Shown here piece after piece: positions 25,456-39,310 of a stretch of 64,000 bases of DNA. The stretch is from Zancudomyces culisetae HAW-14-8. Lineage: Eukaryota > Fungi > Kickxellomycota. Location: assembly GCA_052426225.1 (NCBI GenBank), contig JBNJNM010000009.1, positions 124,001 to 188,000 of the forward strand, in the 5' to 3' direction. The notes under the pieces are model-generated. The model saw nothing but the letters and a program-made list of their open reading frames with translations, searched no databases and was not told the origin of the DNA. A program made the translations under genes and the position numbers. The number at the start of each line of letters is the position of its first letter. Within the stretch, counting starts at the first letter, position 1.

Positions 25456-27913
25456 ATTTGCTTTTATTATTCTTACTATTGTTTTATTTTTGTATTACTT
25501 ATTATAATAATTGTTAATGTTGCTATATATAATATTTTTAGCTTAGTGGCTTTTACACTAAAATCAAAAAAAAATATTAAGGCTATATATACTAAATTTG
25601 CTTCAGTCTTCATACATTAGCATTAATAAAATATAATACAAAATGTAACATATACATATTTTTTTGTATTTATTGCTTAATGGGTTTTGTAGTGGCACGA
25701 TGTTGTGTCAAATTCTTTGATATATCTAGGGATTGACCGGAAAATGCATGTGCTGTATATTGAAGGAGTTCTGATCCATACACTTGTCGTTTACAGTAAA
25801 AGATGAAATACTAAGATATTTGATATACATTTTTAATGACTTCACCAATATCATTGAGCAATATTTACTCTTGTCTTAAACAATAACTTTGTATGTGTAT
25901 GTAACCGCTAAATACATACACCTCTTGTTTTCGATTTTCCAGAGTGAACCTATTCCAGCTTTGTAAAATTAGACAATGGAAAAAATGACTTTCGATTCAA
26001 TTTTTTTGGCACAGGAAATTGACTTTTAAAATGTGATGGAGGGAGAAGGAAAGGAATTGGTAAAAATGTTTAAAATTCTTTAAGCCTTCGTAAGTACTAA
26101 TTAGTTAACTGTCTTTGTTTGAAGTCTGTTGAGGGAAAGTGTTAGTACGGAGTAGGTTTAGTTTTGTTATGCTCATATTTTTTCGAAGGTTGTACTACGC
26201 GTAATACAAGAAATATGCAAATACATAATCAAAATTAGCATATCTTGTACCAGAACCATTTTATGACTGTAAAATCATTATTTAGTACACTCATATTGAC
26301 TTTTTTTGACAATATTTTCCTGAAAATCCCTAAAACAGAAAATTTTTATCTTTGCACTATTCAGTATTCAGCTGCGGATGCACAAAGAGGCCCATTTACT
26401 TGTAAATATTAGGGTTGAAGAATAAACTATATCTTTGTTATCTTACAGTTTAGCGTATATTAATAACCGTGTATTGAAAGAAAAATTCAATAATTCAACT
26501 CGTAAAATTCACATTTCACATTTCACACTTCATATTTCATATTTCCATAATAAAATATAATACGTTCGCATACGTATCTAAATTTTTGCTTAGCTAGTAA
26601 ATAAACTATAAGCAAGTAGACAGGTAATCAAGTAAAAAGTGGAAAAAAGAAAATTGCTTTTGCTACATTATTTTATCACTAAAATCTTTTTTTTAAAAAA
26701 AAGTGACTGTGTTCAAACTAAATAGTTGTTAGAAATAATCATCTGTCCAAAAATACACATTTCTGGATATTCACTTGCTGATAATTCCATATCATTGTGT
26801 AAAGGACACGGAGGCTATGAAAAAGCGTAGTGTTTATCTGATAGTGTAATCAGAAGCTATAACAGAACACGTATATTCACAGTTCATAGGTCTGAGTGAT
26901 AAATTCTTTTCTGATTAATATGTATTTGCGTGTATTCACCAATATATAAAAACGAATGAAAGTTACGTTAAAGTCAGTGCTAGTGGGGAACACTTATCTC
27001 GTAAATAGATCAACTATGTTTCCAACGAGTAAAGTTATTCACATTCAAAGATGTGATTGGTGGGGTGGGGAGTAGAGGAGCAATACAAAAAAAAATGAAT
27101 GAAATGGTCTAATTCTGATTTATATGCAACCATCTAACAAGCACGTACTCCTATGGGCTTTACGCACTTTGAGTATTTCTGTATAAATGTACAGCTTCGT
27201 AAAGAGATGGAGACAAAAGATAGTTTGAATAATATTCACTAGTCCTCCTGTCTTTTATCCAATTGGATCTTTTTGAATATACTATTGTTACACAAAATAA
27301 AAGATATTTGTACTTTACATCTCCCAAAAAACACATGAAACGAGTTTCACTGTTAAATTGCACATTTACATGTAACTACTGTTGACAGGTTCAAACCAAT
27401 TTATGAACCGCAATAGCTTAAAGCTAATTGTTTATAAATTCAACATAGATCATAGTAAATGATCTCGTAGTCATACAACGTATTAACTGTTAATGCGGTT
27501 TCTAAATTTCAGAGTGTAATACCTTTTAATTTTATCAGCTTGTTTGGTTTTCTGTTTCACGTATATTTCTTCCCTCATTAAACTAAAGCGTTGAGAATAA
27601 AATCCGGTAACTATCTCCTATTTTATTGGATAAATTTTTGTTTTAATGATGAAAATGGGATATAATATTGATGTAAATTACGTTTAGATCTATTTAGCAA
27701 TTTAGTACTGGCTAAAGCATAATCTCAGCTAAGAATGCTCAAACTATATTTTGGTTTTGTAAAGTCAAGCTTTTGATACGCAGGATCAGAGAGAGAGAGA
27801 AAAAAAGTAATCTATAGTTAAAAACACTCTTCCCCTATAATAAGATGTAAAGAAAGCCGAGAAAAAAAAATGTTTCTTTAATTATTTATTTTTGTCAGAG
27901 CTATAAAGAAAGT

Positions 27914-30900
27914 ATGAGCGAAATCACACAGGTGAAAAGAAAAAGAGGTCGACCTAAGCGCATTCTGGAGCCACAGCGAGTAGAAGTAGAGCAAAGCATA
28001 AAAAAGAAAAGGGGTAGACCAAAGAAAACAAATCTGCATGAAGGGACGGCGGGGCCTGAAAACGTCGAAGGGAACGGAAATGTGGATATAGATACCACAA
28101 AAGTATGTAATGACGCGGTATTTATTAAAAAGCACAACAATGGTAACCCACAAATGGAGTATATCCAGACAAAATGCGAGGAGTGCAACAAAACAACAGG
28201 TACTACTCAAAGGTATGGTGATACAAATGGTTCTTTTGATATCTGTAGTGACTGCATGGCATCGGCCATCAATACACTGCCATTATGGAAGACCGACCTA
28301 ATACGAAAGGGGTCAAGCGAATCGCTACCAGTTTATAATCCGAGCGTGTCCAGCTCCATTGAACACACTCGTGAAGAGAATAGCGTAAATGCTAATATAA
28401 AGATACTTGAGCATGTAGCTGAGGACGGGTTACAAGAGCTAAAGGAACAACATGATGTTGTAGCTATGGGGTCTGGGTTTTTGAATGAAAAAAAAACTAC
28501 AATGGGTGTTGAAGATAGCGTTAACGAGACTACAAACGCTAAAAAGAAGAAAAACTGGCACAAAGAGCTCGAAATGATAACAACAGGAGCGTTTATAACA
28601 CGAGCGGCGTCACGATTCCTAACAAACAAAGATGGATTCACGGAAATCAATGAAACTTACAGCAAATATAAGCCAGGAGCAAGATTGTTGGTGCTTTCTG
28701 TGGATAAAAAGTGGTATAAGGGCACAGCGGTAAAACTGGAAAAAGGAAAAATAAAGGTTCATTATTTGGGATGGAGTAGTCAGTATGATGAGTGGGTAGA
28801 TAGTGATTCAAAAAGAATAAAAATCGATGAGCAAGCAGGTGCGGGTGAAGAAGAAATGGAGGGTGAAGGGGGTGAAGGGGAAATGGAGGGGGAAGGGGAA
28901 GGGGAAGGGGGTGGTGAATACAAAGAAGAGGTGTATAAGGAGGAGGAAGTGTTCATGAACCAAACTGAAAGTAATAATAGCATTAGCAGCCAGATAGGTA
29001 AAAGAAATGCTTCTTCAAGCTCAGCCAAAAACGCACAAAAATCGGCTATAAAAAGAAAAATTAGACCCGGCAGCGGTAGCAATGTCCCCAATACACAAAA
29101 ACCACTTGAAAACAGCAACAAAAACACAGAACTTAGCTGGAAAACCTTAAAAACAGAGAGGCAAAGTGAGTTTTACGGGGAATCTAGCAAAGTTGGTGAT
29201 ATAAGCATTGGGCAGCTGATCGAAGTATTAGGTTTGGATCGAAAATACTATTTCTGCAGAGCATTATCATTTTGGAAGGGTAAAATGTTGGTTAAATATG
29301 AGGAATGGGAGATGGAGTACAACGAATGGATCAATGTCGAAAGTCGAAGAATACGAACAATACCAAGAAATAGTGAATTATGGAATAAGCTAAAACTTGA
29401 TGAAGAAACTGAAAGAGAAAGAGTAAAAACTGCATTAAAACATTTGAGAGAGTATAATGAATATCTAAATCAAAAAAGACAGGAAAGTCTTGCTGAGAAG
29501 AGAAAAAAAGCCGATTTCCAAAATAGAAATAAAAAAAGCAGTGCAAAAGTAGCCAAAAAGGTTCAGTTTTATACTGATTCTGATGAGACTGAGAGTAGCG
29601 AACAATTGACCCATTCAGCCACTGATGATAGTGACTGTGTAACCTATCCACATGCAGCACGAAAGAAGCGCAAGGTAATAAATGATGTGGTAACCCCCGG
29701 TCGAAAATTTAGAGTATTCAATGGAAATTTTGATGAGATAAGCAAGAATGAAAAGCCGCTTTCAAAGGCAGTACTCGAGGATGAGTATCATGTAGTTCCC
29801 TCTCAACTCAAGCTATCAAGCTACGCACTACATTTCTATATTGGGTTATACGTGGCAGTACGGGGTGGTAAGTCCAAGGGACAAGACGAGTGTTGGTGGC
29901 TGGGGAAAGTAGAAAATAAGCTGAAATATCGGGTTTTCATAAAATATGAAGGTTGGCCTGACGAATATAACGAGTGGATTGATGTAAACTCGCCAAGATT
30001 GAGGATAAACATTAAAATGGCAACAGAAATGGCTATTTCCATTCGAATGAACGACGAGAATCACAAAAAAAGAGGCATGCTTGGACTCAGTAACAAAAAT
30101 GTAAAAAATATTGGAAACAGTAGTAATCAGAGGCAGCACCAACAACCTCTCTCCATGAGGCTTGCCGTAAAAGAAATTATAGCTGATGCTTTTGTAAACC
30201 AAAAATATAAGGCGATCTATCCGGAAGATGTTGGCGCAATACAACTGGCACATAAAGAGATGGACATGAAGGATTACAAATTCTTTTTCCGAATTGGAGA
30301 CAAAATCAGGGCCAGAATAAACTGCAAGGGGTACATGACCGACACTACAGAAAACTTGTGGAAAGAAGGGCATATATCTACAATTTCTCAAGGCAGAATA
30401 CTAATAAATTTCGGAGAGCTAAAAGAGCTTGAGAATTCAGGTCATATCGGCAAGAGCAAGAATAGTGGAAAGGATGGATCCGAAAAGTGCTTTAAGCAGT
30501 GGTTCGATTTTAACTCGAAGCAATTACGTATATTGGCGGAGACTGTAAATAAAGACGGAAGGTTACTTGGAATTTCTGATATGGCATCAAAAAAGTCTAA
30601 AAGCAAAAAAAAAACTCATAGTCACAATTCCAAATCCGCATCGGGCAGTAGAACTGAAAGAAACAACTCGTTGCTATCAACTATTGAGGTGCTTGAAAAG
30701 AGTTTGGTGTTTATTGATACAGATAACAAGGTGGATAGCCTTGAGGAGTCTAAATCGTGGATGGTCTATTGTAATGTTTGTAACGTTGTTATAAATTGTT
30801 TTAGATATTATTGCAGCGTCTGTGAGGTGCCAACCGATAACTATGACTATTACAGCTTTGATCTCTGTTTTGTGTAAGTATTTATCAGCAAGGAAGTGCT

Positions 30901-33900
30901 TTTTATTTTGTACTGGTTGATAACAGGACAAGAATATATGTAAACAAATCTATAAACTAAAATGTTAACATTTTAAACTATTTACGTGGATAGGTGCTAC
31001 ACAAATGCTTTTCCAAAAGATCATCCTCATCCACCAACAGAGTTCATTAGAGCACCTATAACAACCGTTCAGCGTATAGTTGAGCAAGTAAACAATGAAA
31101 CAAAAAATATTCTAGCATCAACAACGAACATTTCGGAATTTAATCATGGGCCACAACGTCCAGAGGCACGCAAATCGAGCAACAAGGTTTATAACCAGGC
31201 AGTCAAGGTTACACAAGCTATATTTTCGATATCTGTTACTGAATACGAAAAGGATGTATTTGATTATAACGCATTCAGCTTTGGCCACACAATGTTGAAC
31301 GATGGGTTCAAAAATATTGACCAAAATAATGGAGATGTGTCTATCTCGGAGGAGATTAACAGCGACGGAAATGATGGTGGGTTTGAAAATGGTGATGAAT
31401 CTGTCCGATATACCAACCAACAGCTAATACGATCAACCTACCATTCTCAGCGTGTTTGTGCTCTTTGTAGTGAGAAAGAAAACGAAATGATAAATTATTT
31501 TGAATACAATGACAAGAAGGTTGGCCAATTCATTAGTAAATTTCCATTTGTTATCTATTCTCAGCCAAAGCCTAAACCAAATACATCAACTACAAACTCA
31601 GAAGGCACAAAGAAAACAAACGATACAAAGCAACCAAACGACACGAACGACACAAATGGTACAAATGATACAAATGACACAAATGACACAAATGACACAA
31701 ACGAAATTGATCGCGCTAATGAGCCAGACCCTCTTGTTCAGAAACTACAAAGAAGGTTTTGGGTTCATGATATTTGCGCCAGGTATTCTCCAGAGGTACT
31801 TGTGGATTCGGTGAGTGGAGGTATTAAAAATACGGCTACCGGTCTGAATGCCGTTTGGTATAATGTTACTAAAGCTGTTATCAGAGGTAGACTAATAAAA
31901 TGCTCCAGGTGTAAAAACAATGGGGCTACGATAGGTTGTTTTGAACCTAAGTGTCACCGTAGCTATCACGTCATGTGTTCGGGAATGCCGCTAGAAAAGT
32001 TTGAAAAGGGGTTTGTGTTTTATTGTCCAGTTCACTATTTCAACTACAGTTTGAAACAGGAATCACCAAACGACGACCAAGCCAGGGATATGCTGGCACG
32101 GAAAATCAACTACAAAATAAATAAACTGAGGTGTAATGTATGTAATACAAGTTTAAAAGAGGCAATTTCTTGGTGGACTTGTAGTGAGTGTATCAGCACA
32201 ACATATACCAGCACGACTTCCGGTGACTACTCAGAAAGAATAACTATTGGCGGGGGTATTGGTGGAGAGGGGTATAGCGTGTGTATGGATTGCTATAATT
32301 ATGACTTTCCAGAGGCACACCCGCACAAAAGGTCTTGCTTTAAGCCCTCATATGCTAAAGAAGCAATAACCTGGGACCAAAATGAACTCTATAATCAATT
32401 CACTGATAGTGAGGGCGAGTTTATGGACGAGGACAAGGATTACACTAATGAAAAGTATGGTGTCGAAAGAAATGGTGTTTCTGGCTCCTTTATTAAAGGC
32501 ACAGGAGTGGGCGCCAATAATCCTATTTGTTGTTCGTATTGCTGGACTACTGAATGCAAAAATTGGAGAACGGGTTATGGTCAACTTATTATGTGTGAAT
32601 CTTGCTACAACAGTGCAAGTTCTTGGATGTTTGATAGTGAGGGTACTGGTCGAACCGACCACATTAGCTTAGAGGCGTTAAATCCATTCGGTACCTCTGA
32701 CCCCCAATTGCTATTTTCAGAGAAAGATGAAAACAACAATAAAAATACAGGAGTCGGTAAGGATAACAATAGTGGTGGTGGTGGTAGTAGCGGCGATGGC
32801 AAAGGTAATGTTGATACTGGTATCAATGAGAATGCAGGCGAACCACTGAGCTTAAAAAATACCACAGGAGCGGATGGTTTTGAGAGTGCAGATTTAAGTT
32901 TTTTGGATAAGGCAGCAGGTGAATATATTGGGGCTGTTGAAGATTATCTACACAATCCCTACTTTACACGTGATTCGTGTTTTCCAAAGCCTACATCAAT
33001 AAATGGCCAGCTTATAACACCAGAACTGGATTATCTTAATCCAAGACCAACTTATTTGAGATCTGCAGCACCTTTAGGGTTGCTAAGTTCGTATGGACCC
33101 ACAAAGGCAATGGTATGGTCGCTGCCCGTCACGAGCACGTACTTCAATATTCCAGGAAGGGCTCCCAGATGGGCATCGCATTCGGGTACTGACTACCACG
33201 GAACATGGCTTCCTCAAACTGTTCGAAGAGCACTGTTAAGATATACTCGACCTGGAAATTTGGTTTTATCCAACTTTCTGGGTCGTGGAACTGATGCTAT
33301 CGAAAGCTTTTTGCTGCGAAGAAAGTGTATTGGTATTGATATAAACCCTGTAGCTGTAGCTCTTTCACAAAGAAATTGTTCTTTTGCTGTTCCAGTTGGG
33401 CTGGCTCAAAAACTCACGGCAAAGCTGAGACCCATAATCCTTAATGGTGATTCAAGGAGTCTAAAGTTTATCACAGGAGGCGACCATACTGTCAAATATA
33501 CCGATGGTGCTAACACATCAGAGCCCGCAGGCGATGGTGTAGATAAAACTAATGGCACGACAAATATCAAGGCTAGTGATGGCATTTTTGATCATGTTTT
33601 GAGCCACCCACCTTACAAAGACTGTGTTTCATACTCCTCACACATTAATGGGGATCTTAGTAGGTTCCCAAATCCTGATGAATTCCAGTCACAAATGACC
33701 TCGGTGGCTAATGAAACTTGGCGGCTTCTAAAACCAGGCAGGTATTGTACACTGGGGATAGGTGATAACCGGTCTCAATGCTTTTACATTCCTGTTGGTT
33801 TCCAGCTAGCAAGAACGTATCTTGACCGTGGATTTGAAATCGACGAACTCATTGTGAAAAGGCAGAGATACTGCCAGGCATTTGGGTTGGGCACTCACTT

Positions 33901-35375
33901 GTGTGTTCAGTTTGATTTCCTAGTGTTTACGCACGAGTACATAATAACTCTTCGTAAAGTTTCCCGCACTTTGACACATCGACTATCATCCCCAGTTACT
34001 TTGGACAGAGATACATCTGGACTTGTGGAAAAAGCTCGGATTGCCTCCAGCTGCAACGAATTGTGTAACGCATTTGGTTTTGATTGCAATGTCCAAACGC
34101 TACCTGTACAACCCTCACCGATAGATAGGAAATCTGTGGTAATGGGAACTGTTTGGACTTTTCAGCAAACTGCGAGCACTCCATATAACACAGAATTTTC
34201 CAAGCTGATAGTATCAAGAATGGTGCAGAGGTTTGGTAGAGATTATTCGTACTGGGAGCTATTAGAACTTGAGCCAACCCTGCTATGTGGTACACGGGGA
34301 GGAAAAGTTGATAAGAAAAACTCAGAAAACTGTCGCAAAGACTCCCCCATAGATCTGGTAAACACATTGGACTCACAATCTTTAGATTACACCAGTAAAA
34401 AACCTAACTCAAAGCTTAACAATAGTTACGAGGAAAAAAGGTTAAAAAATATTCAAAACAACAAACAAACATTGCTTTCACTTGGCTTGGTATCTGAGCT
34501 TACACAAGAGGCTAATGATGATTTCACCTACTTGAAGTCACTAGGGATTTCGTCAAACGCATCTACAAAGCACACCTCTAATACCAGGTTAGATATTTCT
34601 ATGGATAAAAACTCTGTGGGTTCGGGCGTAAAATACAACGATTTTGAAGATGCGAGTACTATATTATTGGAACAGAAAGACAAGGTATCACTTCCCTCCC
34701 TTGCTATAATTCCACATATCCCGTTTGAGTATCTCAACGAGCAATCACTTGATTCACCGGCTCTTAGAGATACCGTGTTTAATATTCCTAGCAATAAAGC
34801 GGCCGATACCAACCAGCATCCCATTGCATCCTCAACAATATCGAATGGTAGTGGAAAAGCTGACGACTTGTTTGCTGATAAAATCTCAAACTATAGGCGA
34901 CTTTTGCTTTCCCTGGCAAGCTACTACGAAGAACGACTCAGCCTGGGTGGCCTGCTAATAATTGGTGTTCAAGATGTTAGAGATCCTACAACAAATCTAC
35001 TCTGGCCTCTAGGAATGCTTGTAAATGAAGATATTACTTTATCATCAACTCGTTTAAAACTCAAAGAGCTCATAGTCACCGTCCCTGATGGTTACGAAAA
35101 TTCTCGAGACAGATCATATTACAAGAATACTCCGTCTTCATCATCACTTTGCGTCCTGAATTGCAAAATAGATGAAATGCCGCATGTACCAATTGTTCAT
35201 GTAAGTTACGAATAACCCTTATTTTTTTTTAAAAAAAAATTATATTATTTTACAAAAGGCCGATTTAAACGAACATACATATACTTGCAAATCAAATTTT
35301 TATTTCCGTTTTTCTAACCTACATATTTTTGGTAATATATAGGCTTACTATCTGGTTTACATGAAGCTATCATAG
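27914..35375 (+). CDS. Multidomain chromatin-associated amino-(N6A/N4C-type) methyltransferase, 2399 aa; exons 27914-30873, 30994-35200, 35343-35375
   Basis: Intron 30874-30993 fuses the two long ORFs and rebuilds a ZZ finger (SFDLCFV|CYTNAFPKDHPH). Intron 35201-35342 gives the C-terminus PIVH|AYYLVYMKLS. Domains: 2 AT-hooks (RGRP), a C4 finger, 3-4 Tudor-knot/chromo-barrels (Y.GW...YDEW), ZZ, extended PHD (WVHDICA..SPEV..C..C...GA.IGC....C...YH..C), ZZ, GATA-like C4, MTase with FLGRGT (33275) and HPPY (33605), and a degenerate second MTase. Confidence 0.9.
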
Positions 35376-36828
35376 ACTTCACAAATTTCCGCGTAGTGAG
35401 AGACAAAAAGAGACAGAGAGTGGGTTAACGTACTGTAGCATTTTGCTCACTATATAAACTCTGAAAAATACACACGCGGTTTTTCATACAGGAATGTTAA
35501 CTATAATCTGGGTCAAATACGTGTATGGTACTAGATGAAATTAGTTTTTGTTTTATGCTTTCCGTTTTAATTCAAAAAGGTGTTAATGTTCACAAAATTT
35601 ATAACGAGAAACACAAAAGTTATAATTTATGTGTCGGGATTACTAAACGCTATGGGGGAAAAAACACATTTGGTTCATAGAAACAGCATTTGGGTCTGTT
35701 TTACGCTCACAAAACTCTATATCCTAAACCACTATGTTAATTTTTAAATGAGCCTTGTTTGTTTCATTTTACCAAAGTTTATCTGGGATGAGAGAGAAGA
35801 CTCATTTCAATATAAACACACTACTAAATGCTACACTTTTTGTTATAAAAATTATTCAGTAAACACTACAAAGACATCTTTTAGGCAAAATTGGAAAAGT
35901 AAAATAAACAAATGGGTAAGTTTGGGTTTGATACAGTATATCCAAGGTACAAAATGGTACATAGGACAAACTACTCTATTATTACTATTTCTATTCACAT
36001 TATAAACTATATTACAAACTCATCTTCATTGGGACACATTTTAATATTTAAAATACATCAGAAGGTGCGAACTGATAAAAATACGCATGCTCATTGATTA
36101 TAGAAACAAAGTTTTAGAAGAGGTTACGCACATTGGTCGAGTGCTCAAATATCAAACCTATACAAGAGGGCAGCAAAATTTCAAAAGCAAACTAAAGGTT
36201 GTCAAAGAACCCAGAGATATATCTAAAGGGTGTTAAGGGTTGCTACATATCAGCGATTTTATCCACTACTTTTTCTTTTGTTAGAATAAAGGAATATAAA
36301 ATATTATATTATTTATACATTGTATAAGCTCCAATAAATACATAGTGTATTAGCCAAGATTGATAGTATATATCTGCATCTGTACAAAAGTATACCTTTC
36401 ACAGTTATTTTAGATACACTTACTGTGGTATTATTACAATAGAATAATCGGTAAAATACATATTTACATATATACAATTATATATACAACAGTGTAAGAA
36501 TATCACTATATGTTCAATTTTTTACCGTTTTATAAATATATAACTAAGAAGTGTCTTATTGTATCTCAAATGCCGGATATAATTATGGATAAAGAAATAT
36601 AATAAAATACTAAATAGGGAATAGGGAATCGAGTTTTGCGTTTTTTCTCAAAGTTTTTATTCATCTACATTAGCGCAAACGAGCGAAACTGACAATATAC
36701 TGTTTTATATTCAAAAATTCATGTGGTTTATGAGTAAAAAGTAGTACAGTCACAAACTAGCTAAAGATTAATAATAACGAGATATTTAGAAGGACCAACA
36801 AAACACACACGTATATAAAATACACATA

Positions 36829-38955
36829 ATGGATCCATTGATTGGCGCACCGCCGGAAAACATTGGTATGGTTACCTTTGATACACCCTACTTGCAATAT
36901 TGGCCAAATCCTTCAAAGGCGTATGGTGCAGCAAGCGGGTTTTTTATAATGATAATTGTGGTGGTTAGCGCAACAGTCATGTCAAAAAACTCTGTTTTCT
37001 TCTGTAGTGCTATTTCATGTTTTGGTAAGTCAGCAAAAAAATACATTCACTTAAACGAGCATAATTGCCCTTTTATATATTCTACTTGGCTACCAAGAAG
37101 CCACTTGTGTAAACTAAAATATCGTACTTTGCTAAACGTAGTTTCTTTCATCTCTCTGATACTAAGGGGTGCAATGGTTACTACAAGCGAGAGAGCAATA
37201 CAAATGTATCAGATATCATTAGCACTTGACGCACTATCTGCGTATCTAGTACACTTTTTAATATATCTATTTTTGTCGATGTGGTAAGAATCTTATAACA
37301 CTGCTACTATATATCTCGTGTTCTTCGAGATAGGCTTTTGCTCATAATACCTCTCCTTTCCCTCCCTAGCATAGTTTTGAGTTAATTTTAATTTTGATAC
37401 TTACTCGGTGTAAAAATTTTATTGTTTGTAATATGTGTCTAACACTGGACAATATTTCACACACATTAACAGGCATTAACATATACTATTTAGGGCGTTA
37501 CATACTACAAAGCGAGACAAGTATGCTTCAGGTTTGAGATATCTAGGCGTATTCACCATAATTGCAAGTACAATTCTATTCCTCATGGGTGTGTCAGTAA
37601 TTTTCAGTGACTCTGCGATAACTAGAGGCGTTGGTTACTCGCTCATAGTTTCAACACTAGCAATAAATGTCGGAACAAGCATAACAGTTATCGGAATCAT
37701 AGTATATACAAATAACATAAAGGTTACAAGTGTTAACGGCAAAAACATCATTTTGATATTATTCCCAAGTCTACTACTGGGAGTTTGGGCGGTAAACAAA
37801 TTCATATTTTGGAGTCAACCTCAAGACAATGCCTATAACACAACTGAACTGTACTTTTACATCTTTGGACCTTTGATAACTGGGTTTATACACGCCTTAT
37901 GGATAATTTTCAACGCCCCAAAGGCGTTTATCTTTATGAATGCAAAGCCAATGGTGGAGAATGTTATTTCTGAGCCCATGATCAAACCACCTGAAAGGGC
38001 CATGGGAGAAAATTTCTTGGAAACGCCCACATTAATGTCACCTCAGCATCTATCAAAACCAAAGGATTCTCCATTTTCATTATCTTCATCTTTGTCATTG
38101 TCACCGCTACCACTGAACCTTCAGAGTACACAGCAACTTAGCGCACATTCACCTTTAAAAACGCAGCAAAAACAGAAAAAACCTCAACTACAAGCCAAGT
38201 CTCAGAAAAAAACTCAAAAACCTGGTCAAAGGCAAAAGCCTTCACAAGAAACGCAACCTTCACAAAAGCAGCAACAAAATCCATTACTATTACCACATTC
38301 ACAAATGCAAAATTTACCAAAGCAAAAAACTACGCAAGAGCAGGATCTGGACAATGGGTTTGATGCTGACCCAAAACAATGGCGGACACCAACACAAAGG
38401 AGTAGGCAAATTTCAAACATTCAAGAGGGTGGGCAGGTAGGGGATAAGGATGATGGTACTGAGCATAGAAATCCCGACAAAAAAGATACAGAAATAAACA
38501 AAAATCAGGGTAAAGATAGGGAGAAAGCACAGGACAATGTTGGTGATAAAGAGAAAGAACAAGAAAAAGAAAAGGATAAAGATAAAGATAAAGAAAAGGA
38601 GAACGAAGGGGAGGAAAAAGGAAAAATAAAGGGGAGAGATGGTAGTAGTGACAAGAATAAGGATAAAGACAAGGATAAAAATTTGGACCAAAGCCATAAT
38701 ATCAACTACAGTGGCCACAACAATAGCAATAGTAATAGCCATAGTTATGGTTATGGCCATGGCCATAGTCACAGTCAAACGCGAGGATCCTCGATCTTCC
38801 CGCAAAGCATCTTTGGGCCGGAAGAAAGACTGTCTAGAGATAGGCTGACCCCAGTGACAAAAAAGAAGGAGTATTGGCCCCTAATCAAATCTAAAAAGGA
38901 TAAAACAGGAAATCTCAAACCCTTGGCCGTTAAATTAAGAAACGATTTTCTTTGA
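36829..38955 (+). CDS. RTA1/Rsb1-like 7-TM membrane protein with a long charged C-tail; exons 36829-37024, 37142-37283, 37494-38955
   Basis: About 7 hydrophobic segments after splicing; N-terminal YWPNPSKAYGAA..FF and last-helix ELYFYIF resemble the RTA1 family. GT-AG introns keep the frame. Confidence 0.65.
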
Positions 38956-39310
38956 GTTCATTCAGCTTAATATGGAACCCCGTTCAAATTTCATCTGCTG
39001 TCACACTGTCCTGTTTGTTTTTTGTTTTTCCATATTTGGTATTATTATTAGTATTACTATATTTCCCTCTTTTAGGAGGCCATCCTCCTTCAAGCCCCAA
39101 ATCATTATCATGTATGATCTGATGAGCACGACTTTGCATGCTTTTGCTTAGAATACTGCTCGCCATTTATAATAAATAACAAGTATCATATACTACAGCA
39201 CACATTTGACTAGAGTCTAGAGTCTTTTTTTACCATGACATAAATCTATATTTATATCTATATCTAAAAGTGTGTATGTATAATGTTTCAATCAAAAAAA
39301 GTACAATGGA

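Noticed and set aside
19721-35375. SAM synthetase near the large methyltransferase as a functional cluster
   Set aside because: They are 7 kb apart with an unrelated gene between them, and SAM synthetase is housekeeping; nothing in the sequence supports co-regulation.
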